DNA of 64,000 nucleotides from Chlamydiota bacterium (GTDB lineage Bacteria; Chlamydiota; Chlamydiia; Chlamydiales; Rhabdochlamydiaceae): NCBI GenBank assembly GCA_039798725.1, contig JBDKFJ010000006.1, positions 11,472 to 75,471 of the forward strand, read 5' to 3'. Shown piece by piece: positions 57,608 to 64,000 of this stretch (position 1 is its first letter; each line of letters starts with the position of its first letter). The notes under the pieces were generated by a model. It saw only the letters and a program-made list of their open reading frames with translations, ran no database searches and was not told where the DNA came from. The position numbers and the translations under genes were made by a program.

Positions 57608-58823
57608 ATACTCCTATAAGGCCCTCTTCGTCATTTCCAACAAGCTTTACTTGGATTAAGTCATTGGGATTACCTTCTACCTTCACTTCCAAGAAATGTT
57701 CTGTGTGCCCTCTTCCCCCCCCTTCTATAAGAACAGAGGCGACTTTACCGACGTACTCTTCTCTAAGAGCAAAAGCCGCTCTTAAAGCCGCTCGTAGTAG
57801 ACGCTGCTTTCTTTCTGCAATCACCTCTTGGGGCACTTGATTCGGGTATAGTGCAGCGCGCGTGCGCTTTCTTACACTATAGGGAAACATGTGCACTTTG
57901 GCAAATTTCACCTTTTCAATCAGGGAGAGAGTTTCTTGAAAATCTTCTTCCGTTTCTCCCGGAAACCCAACAATCACATCTGTTGTAAAGGTAAAGTCAG
58001 GATGGGCCGCTTTAAGACGATTCACTGTTTGCAAAAACATTTCCTTGGTGTACTTACGATTCATCCTCTTCAAAATTGCATTTGATCCTGACTGCAGTAC
58101 AATATGCATAGAAGGGCAAGTATGTTTGCCGGAAATCACAGCATCAAGTAGATCATCATCGACTTCATCCGGATCAATGGAAGAAATACGGAGACGCTCT
58201 AACCCGGGTAAAGCATCGAGCACTCTTACAAGGTCAGAAAGTCGCACAGGCGGGCAGCCTTCTTCCGGATTGCCATCAAAATCGCCCACATTAATTCCTG
58301 TGATGACAATCTCTTTGTAAGAGGCTGCAATCAGTCCTTTGACCTCTTGCACAATGTCGTCTAGCTTACGAGACACAGATCTGCCTCGAACGTAAGGGAT
58401 GATACAATAGGTGCAAAACGAATTACACCCATCCTGCACTTTTACAAAGGCGCGCGTATGCCCTTCAAATTGGGAGATCATAAATTCGGGAACTTGTTCC
58501 TCTGGAAGAGCGAGCTGCACAAGCTTCTCTTTATCTTTGTTGGGAACCACCAAAGAGACCCCATCAATAGACTCAGCAAGACATCCTGTGACAACAATCT
58601 TGGCGTTTGGATGCTCTTTTTGCAATTTCCGGATTTCATGGCGAGAAGAGCGATCAGCGGATGCTGTGACTGTACATGTATTGACAATACAGATATCCGC
58701 TATCTCATGACTTAAGGCTCGTTCATATCCAAGAGAGAACAACTGATCCGCATAAGCCTGCGATTCGTATTGATTTGTCCGGCAGCCGAGTGTGACAACA
58801 GTAAATTTTTTCTTTTCTTCCAT
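57597..58823 (-). CDS. mtaB: MtaB-like radical-SAM methylthiotransferase
   Basis: LGCRTNQYESQ N-terminal domain, radical-SAM CNSFCTYCIIP, TRAM-like C-terminus. 408 aa. Confidence 0.8.
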   Translation of the reverse strand: MEEKKKFTVVTLGCRTNQYESQAYADQLFSLGYERALSHEIADICIVNTCTVTASADRSSRHEIRKLQKEHPNAKIVVTGCLAESIDGVSLVVPNKDKEKLVQLALPEEQVPEFMISQFEGHTRAFVKVQDGCNSFCTYCIIPYVRGRSVSRKLDDIVQEVKGLIAASYKEIVITGINVGDFDGNPEEGCPPVRLSDLVRVLDALPGLERLRISSIDPDEVDDDLLDAVISGKHTCPSMHIVLQSGSNAILKRMNRKYTKEMFLQTVNRLKAAHPDFTFTTDVIVGFPGETEEDFQETLSLIEKVKFAKVHMFPYSVRKRTRAALYPNQVPQEVIAERKQRLLRAALRAAFALREEYVGKVASVLIEGGGRGHTEHFLEVKVEGNPNDLIQVKLVGNDEEGLIGVYEN

Positions 58824-58900
58824 GAATACATCAATTTTTATGGAAAATATACAGCAAGGCGGTGAAAAATGAAAGTGATACCAAAGAGGTTGTCGATACT

Positions 58901-59494
58901 ATGGCCCTATTTCCGATGATTGCGTCGCTGTTTTTTGTCTTGAATGCCTTAGGGAATATCCCCCTTTTTGTGGGCCTTCTTGCCCACTTTACAGAAAAAC
59001 AGCAAAGAAAAATTGTGTTTAGAGAATTGTGTATTGCCCTTGTGATTCTGCTTCTTTTTACATTTTTTGGAGACAACATCCTCAACCTCATGGGGATTTC
59101 TCAATCAGCGCTAGGGGTAGCCGGCGGGACTCTACTCTTTTTGATTGCACTTGGCATGATCTTTCCCAGAAGCCACGACTCTCAAGAAATCAAACGCCAA
59201 GAGCCCTTGATTGTCCCTTTGGCCATCCCCCTTGTTGCAGGCCCCGGCTCTCTTTCGATGGTCATGATTTACTCAGAACAGCTCCAAAACGGGTGGCTTG
59301 CTTCTATGGTTGTGATCTTTGCTTGGATTCCGACTTGCCTTCTGCTTCTTCTCTCAACACACATTAAACATTTTTTAGGTCAAAAAGGGCTTCTTGCCTG
59401 CGAAAAGCTGGGGGGAATGATTGTGGCCTTGATTGCTGTCAACATGATCTGTACCGGTTTCACACAACTCCTGCAAAATGCATTTGCTAAGTAA
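58901..59494 (+). CDS. MarC-family (UPF0056) integral membrane protein
   Basis: Start placed at MALFPMIASLFFVLNALGNIPLF (track ORF starts at 58862). Multi-TM, ~197 aa. Confidence 0.7.
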   Translation: MALFPMIASLFFVLNALGNIPLFVGLLAHFTEKQQRKIVFRELCIALVILLLFTFFGDNILNLMGISQSALGVAGGTLLFLIALGMIFPRSHDSQEIKRQEPLIVPLAIPLVAGPGSLSMVMIYSEQLQNGWLASMVVIFAWIPTCLLLLLSTHIKHFLGQKGLLACEKLGGMIVALIAVNMICTGFTQLLQNAFAK

Positions 59495-59524
59495 CGAACA
59501 CAACCGAGGCTATTGGGCCAACCC

Positions 59525-60805
59525 TCACTGTAAGATGTAGGGTTGGATTTTGTATTCGAGGCGCTGAGGGATCTCGATCTGCAAGAGAATGTCATTTTCC
59601 TCATACTCTGAAGCAATAACCTTTCCCTCTTTCATCAGTTCTGCGACAAGCGCATAACGCTCTTGCGGAATGCGGCAGTGGACAACTTTGCGCAAAGCGG
59701 ACACTTCATGGATCATGATCTCGGAGAGCGCATCCAGCCCTTCTTTCTTTTCAGCAGAAATAGCGATGGCTTTTGGATATTTCACTCGAAATTTTGTCAC
59801 CAAAAAAGGGTTATCTATCTTGTCGACTTTATTAAGAACAGTCACAATCGGCAGCTTATCAGCTCCAAGTTCCTTGAGCACTTTCATCGTCTCTTCTGCT
59901 TGCGCCTCTGCATCGGGATGACTCACATCGATCACGTGCAGTAAGATGTCTGTGTAAACAGCCTCTTCCAAAGTACTCTTAAAAGCCGCCACGAGCGTAT
60001 GAGGAATCTTACGAATAAATCCGACTGTGTCGACAAGCAGCACTTCCTGTCGATTCGGCAGCAAAAATTTGCGAGTTGTTGTATCTAGCGTTGCAAAGAG
60101 CTTATCTTCTATAAGCACTTCGGCCTGTGTTAGAGCGTGCAGGAGTGTCGATTTACCTGCATTCGTATAGCCCACAATGGCAAACGTGGGAACTTGTGTC
60201 CTAAAACGGAGCGCCCGCTGCGTTTTTCTATGCTCTACGATCTTATCGAGCTCAACTTTTAACCTATCGATACGGCGTTTGAGCAACCTGCGGTCAATCT
60301 CGATTTGCTTTTCCCCTTCCCCTTTGAGATAAGCGCCTCCTCCGGCAGATCCTGTCCCTGCCTGGCGAGACAGATGTGTCCACATCCGCTTTAGCCTGGG
60401 GAACTGATAGCGCACTTTGGCAAGCTCGATCTGCAGCTGCGCCTCTTTTGTGTGCGCCCTTTGAGCAAAGACTTCAATAATTAGCTCTGTACGGTCGATC
60501 ACAGGCATAGCAAAAATTTTTTCTAAATTACGCTGCTGATGGGGCGAAATCTCATCATCGAAAACAACCACCTCCGCACCCAAACGACTTGCCTCTTGCC
60601 GCAGCTCCTCTAATTTGCCGGAGCCTAGATAAGTGCCCGCTTCAAATTTGCGGACTAAACAGGCACGTTTGGCAACGGCTTGCAGTCCAAAGGTCTCACA
60701 TAGCCGCTCAAGCTCATCTAAACTCTCTTGCTTTTTATCGAGGAAAACACTGACAAGGAATGCTTTTTTTAAACTTTTGAGATCTACGTATGTTGACATT
60801 ACCAC
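59525..60805 (-). CDS. hflX: GTPase HflX
   Basis: G1 GYTNAGKSTL, G3 DTVGFI, G4 NKVD. HflX-type N-terminal domain. 426 aa. Confidence 0.9.
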   Translation of the reverse strand: MVMSTYVDLKSLKKAFLVSVFLDKKQESLDELERLCETFGLQAVAKRACLVRKFEAGTYLGSGKLEELRQEASRLGAEVVVFDDEISPHQQRNLEKIFAMPVIDRTELIIEVFAQRAHTKEAQLQIELAKVRYQFPRLKRMWTHLSRQAGTGSAGGGAYLKGEGEKQIEIDRRLLKRRIDRLKVELDKIVEHRKTQRALRFRTQVPTFAIVGYTNAGKSTLLHALTQAEVLIEDKLFATLDTTTRKFLLPNRQEVLLVDTVGFIRKIPHTLVAAFKSTLEEAVYTDILLHVIDVSHPDAEAQAEETMKVLKELGADKLPIVTVLNKVDKIDNPFLVTKFRVKYPKAIAISAEKKEGLDALSEIMIHEVSALRKVVHCRIPQERYALVAELMKEGKVIASEYEENDILLQIEIPQRLEYKIQPYILQ

Positions 60806-61575
60806 TCTATTTCTAAGCCATCATATCCCATTCTGATATCGTTTGGCAAAAGGGAATTTGTGGCCTCATGATCCAGCTCATGGGAAATGTGAGTCAAATA
60901 TGTTTTTCCAGCCCCTACTCTCCTTGCAAAGGCAATCGCCTCTTCTACATTGAAATGCAAGGGGGAGGCCGTATGACGCAGCGCACTTAACACTAGCACC
61001 TTAACCCCTTCGAGCGCATGGATCACACTAGCTCCATATTCCCGAATGTCGCTAACATAAGCAAAAGAGCCTATCCGGAATCCTGTGACACGCATTCCTG
61101 TCTGAAAGTAAGAAAAGTAATGGATAGGAATGCCCTCCACAGAACACTCCCCTGCATCCGCTGGAAACGGAAAAAAGTCGACTTGAGCCGCTACGCTTTT
61201 TTGAGGTTGTATTTCTTTAAAAAAATAGTGAAAACGAAGGCGCACCTCTCTTAACGTATCTTCTGAAAGAAAACAGGGCAGTTTCTTTCTTGTGACAAAA
61301 TAGAACGACCGTAAATCATCCATGCCCCCAATATGATCTGCATGAGCATGGGTTAAGAGCACCGCATCAAGATGAGAGATCCCAAACTTCAAGGCCTGGG
61401 CCCGAAAGTCTGGCCCGGCATCAATCAAAATCTGCTTATTGTCCACTTTCAATAAAGCAGAACTACGCCATCTCTGATTGTGAAGAAAGCTCGATTGACA
61501 CACTTCACAACAGCAGCCAATCATCGGCACCCCTGCTGATCCCCCGGTCCCTAAAAATAGCAATTTCCCCTTCAT
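60799..61575 (-). CDS. MBL-fold metallo-hydrolase
   Basis: Start placed at MKGKLLFLGTGGSAGVP (ATG 61575), which abuts the upstream stop at 61572. HXHXDH motif THAHADHIGG. Confidence 0.75.
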   Translation of the reverse strand: MKGKLLFLGTGGSAGVPMIGCCCEVCQSSFLHNQRWRSSALLKVDNKQILIDAGPDFRAQALKFGISHLDAVLLTHAHADHIGGMDDLRSFYFVTRKKLPCFLSEDTLREVRLRFHYFFKEIQPQKSVAAQVDFFPFPADAGECSVEGIPIHYFSYFQTGMRVTGFRIGSFAYVSDIREYGASVIHALEGVKVLVLSALRHTASPLHFNVEEAIAFARRVGAGKTYLTHISHELDHEATNSLLPNDIRMGYDGLEIEW

Positions 61576-62474
61576 CCCAAAATCTCCAAAGCAGCTCTTT
61601 TCCCTAGTAAAGCGTGGTAGAGCAGCCCCCTTGACCCCAGGCCCGTCACAACCCACACGCCCTCTCTTACTTTTTTGATGATAGGGAAATAATGCCCTTT
61701 TACACAAACCCTAACAGCTGCCCTGGCCCCCACAATATCCAATTTTCTGACCTCAGGAAAAAACCGCTCCACATTAGGTAAAATCAAACTCTTAGCCACC
61801 TCTTCATCTATGGCTTCACTCTCATAGTACCGCTCATACGTCGATCCCAAACAGATGCAAGAGCCATCTATTGCCATATACCCTTTTCCAACAAGACTAT
61901 AAGAGGGGATTGCCACCCCTTTAGCACTGGCAAGTAAAACCTGTCCCTTGATAAGGGAAACAGGCAGTGCCCCAACGAGCCCCATACTCTGAGCTCCGGC
62001 TGCTATGACAACCTCACCCAGCCCCTCTAGGCTCTCTACACAGCGCCTTTCAAATCGCCCTCCCAAAGCCTCAATCCTCTGCCATAAAGCCTCTAGATAC
62101 CCCTCACAATGCACTGTTCTGCCCGACTTGATCCAAAAGGCATTTTCCCCACATCTTTCTACATCCCTTTGATTTCCAAGCCGTTGCTTTTTTTCCTCAT
62201 CAAAGACATAACGCATGACCCCGGGACGACTAACCTTTTCCCTCCGCTCCACACACTCTAACAGCTCCCCTGCGGCCTCTAAAGCCTCGTCCGCCAAAAA
62301 ACTGCGGCGCACCTCCTCTCCTACATAGGGATGCATGAGCCCGGCAGCGATCCCGGAGGCCCCGCCCCCGATACCCTTTCCATCATAGACCGTGACTTCC
62401 ACCCCCCTTTTCATAAGAGCATAAGCCACAGCGAGTCCCGCAAACCCCGCCCCAATAACACTTATTTTCTTCAT
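61572..62474 (-). CDS. FAD-dependent oxidoreductase (DAO-like, short)
   Basis: N-terminal Rossmann motif KISVIGAGFAGLAVAYAL. C-terminal GLGSRGLLYHALLG. 300 aa. Confidence 0.7.
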   Translation of the reverse strand: MKKISVIGAGFAGLAVAYALMKRGVEVTVYDGKGIGGGASGIAAGLMHPYVGEEVRRSFLADEALEAAGELLECVERREKVSRPGVMRYVFDEEKKQRLGNQRDVERCGENAFWIKSGRTVHCEGYLEALWQRIEALGGRFERRCVESLEGLGEVVIAAGAQSMGLVGALPVSLIKGQVLLASAKGVAIPSYSLVGKGYMAIDGSCICLGSTYERYYESEAIDEEVAKSLILPNVERFFPEVRKLDIVGARAAVRVCVKGHYFPIIKKVREGVWVVTGLGSRGLLYHALLGKRAALEILG

Positions 62475-62560
62475 AAATCAATCAACTAAATGTTTACTAA
62501 TATCATTATAAATGATTTAATTAATACATAAATTAACAAAAATATTACACAAGCAATAAC

Positions 62561-62944
62561 ATGACAAATCCTACAACATCAGATGTGGCTCTTAGAACAG
62601 CTCGCAATATATCATTAGATTGCCTCCGGCTCGTTCAATCCCACTTGCCTTCACAGGCTAAAACTGTTGCTATCGCAGCCATTGCTTCTGGAGTAGCACT
62701 CTCAAATAGCAGCACCGTGATTTCTAATTTATCTTTTGTGATTGCCGCTGGAGCCGCCATTGTACACTATACGGGTAAAGAACAACAAGTGAAGGCTGCC
62801 ATTGCCACCCTGATTCAATCGAGGAAAAACGTCTTAACAGAGACAACAGAAACAGTAACCAGAATGGCCATTATAAAAGAGGAATACAACTCTTTCACCA
62901 CTTTACTAAAGAATAATCCTGAGATCACCGAACATCGGTTATAA
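62561..62944 (+). CDS. small membrane protein with bilobed hydrophobic segment (Inc-like)
   Basis: TVAIAAIASGVAL-SNSST-VISNLSFVIAAGAAIV (~40 aa, two lobes) followed by a hydrophilic tail. The upstream region is AT-rich. Confidence 0.5.
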   Translation: MTNPTTSDVALRTARNISLDCLRLVQSHLPSQAKTVAIAAIASGVALSNSSTVISNLSFVIAAGAAIVHYTGKEQQVKAAIATLIQSRKNVLTETTETVTRMAIIKEEYNSFTTLLKNNPEITEHRL

Positions 62945-62972
62945 TAAAAAAGTTAATAACACAGGGCAATAT

Positions 62973-64000
62973 ATGACAATTTCCACAGAGACCTCTCAAC
63001 ATCTTAGAACTGATAAACAATGGCTTGCGCCGCTTGCGGGCATAGCAATGAAAGCTTTGCCATTGGCAGCCGCTTACCTCTATTCTCCTTTTTTAGTATC
63101 TGTTTTAATGGCCGGATACGTCGCAACAGATCGCGCCATAAACCCTCAAAAAATAGCAGTCTTAGCGGGTCTTTATCTTCTTTCCCCCATGTTAACACTC
63201 GGTGCTACAGTAGGGTGGGTTGCAAGAAACACTGAAATGGGGAAACAAGCTACAAAAGTTGCCACTAGAATCACTTATGATAGCGCCCGAGACATTACGA
63301 AAACACATTTACTCCCTCCATGCAAAAAAAGAGGAGAGGCTCTTGCAAAAAATGTGCAACAAACAGCAAGCAGGACATTAGACGCAACATGTGCTCAACT
63401 TAGCTCTTTAACAAAATCTGTGACTAACACCGCATCTTCTGCTTGGGCACCTGTATCTCAATATCTTCCAAGCTATAACGCCACAACCGCTAAGGTTGCG
63501 GCGACATGTGTAGCCACCTATTTTTTATTTCCTCAATTGAGCATAGTCGGGGGCATTCTTTCCGGATTAGGCGCAACGTGGTTAACAAAAACACGGTCGG
63601 GAAAGAGTACTTGCACTTACTTGACCAATCAATGGTCAAACGCTCGAAAAGAATTACAAGAAGAGAGTTGGAAAACAGCCTGCAAAAATGCAATACACAC
63701 AAGCGATATAACACCTCTTATCCCTTTTATTATTGACTACGATGCGAATGTGATTCTAGACACAGAAGATCTACTCGACATTTTGCGTGAACAAAAGCCT
63801 GATGCAATGCGAGAACTATTAAAAAAACTCCCTGAAGGTAAACGCTCTCAATTAACAGCGATCTGGTTATACAGTCAGTATGAAGAGACTACGAAAGCTG
63901 CATTATTTGCAGCATTCCTTTCCCCTTTGAGCACTGATGAACAAAAAAAAATCGTCCTAGATTTGTTAGATAAAAGACGCCCGACAGAAAACGAGCCATT
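62973..64000 (+). CDS. membrane protein with two hydrophobic double-helix regions (Inc-like), 5' part; continues past right window edge (not in supplied ORF track)
   Basis: Own translation from ATG 62973: MTISTETSQHLRTDKQWLAPLAGIAMKALPLAAAYLYSPFLVSVLMAGYVATDR…AVLAGLYLLSPMLTLGATVGWVA… The frame is open for all 342 complete codons to the window end. Confidence 0.6.
   Translation, partial: MTISTETSQHLRTDKQWLAPLAGIAMKALPLAAAYLYSPFLVSVLMAGYVATDRAINPQKIAVLAGLYLLSPMLTLGATVGWVARNTEMGKQATKVATRITYDSARDITKTHLLPPCKKRGEALAKNVQQTASRTLDATCAQLSSLTKSVTNTASSAWAPVSQYLPSYNATTAKVAATCVATYFLFPQLSIVGGILSGLGATWLTKTRSGKSTCTYLTNQWSNARKELQEESWKTACKNAIHTSDITPLIPFIIDYDANVILDTEDLLDILREQKPDAMRELLKKLPEGKRSQLTAIWLYSQYEETTKAALFAAFLSPLSTDEQKKIVLDLLDKRRPTENEP

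Noticed and set aside
61575-61707. N-terminal 44-codon extension of the MBL-fold hydrolase ORF (track start 61707)
   Set aside because: It overlaps, out of frame, the well-formed C-terminus of the upstream FAD oxidoreductase. The internal Met at 61575 gives the typical MBL N-terminus (LLFLGTGGS) and abuts the upstream stop.

Overview
This 64-kb window looks like part of a Chlamydia-like chromosome, probably an environmental Chlamydiales lineage with G+C in the mid-40s % by eye. I call about 58 protein genes. I saw no tRNA, rRNA or CRISPR array.

The backbone is housekeeping. Gene order matches what I recall for Chlamydiaceae: rpmE-prfA-prmC-ffh-rpsP-trmD-rplS-rnhB-(yicC)-gmk-small ORF-metG; tadA / rpsO-pnp / ftsH-tilS / two LptF/G-type permeases; rplM-rpsI; miaB; ligA-glgB; hflX. 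Two real ORFs run off the window edges and are missing from the supplied track: trpS at 1-834 (-) and a membrane protein at 62973-64000 (+).

Several accessory insertions interrupt the backbone:
- (1) 4469-16389: a 3,396-aa giant protein is translationally coupled (ATGA overlap) to a 577-aa two-TM coiled-coil protein that carries a 396-bp in-frame tandem duplication. The giant protein has an SF2/SecA-like NTPase core and a possible N-terminal Cys-protease motif. This is my best candidate for an undescribed system, namely a secreted effector plus a membrane anchor.
- (2) 22368-23837: three ~100-aa paralogs plus a coiled-coil protein.
- (3) 33554-34217: a G+C-rich 270-bp x2 inverted repeat between tadA and rpsO.
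- (4) 37154-37936: a TM-anchored LRR protein between pnp and ftsH.
- (5) 49700-52417: a GT8-like and a DUF268-like gene in convergent overlap, followed by two tandem paralogous membrane proteins.
- (6) 62561-64000: two Inc-like membrane ORFs.

A family of palindromic, MITE-like repeats sits at the borders of several of these insertions (4267-4348, 22208-22385, 37944-37978, 51222-55). Two copies supply the stop codon of the adjacent gene. A tandem-HIT + PAP2 fusion protein (16570-17874) is also unusual.

All functional calls rest on motifs I read in the translations. No database search was possible.
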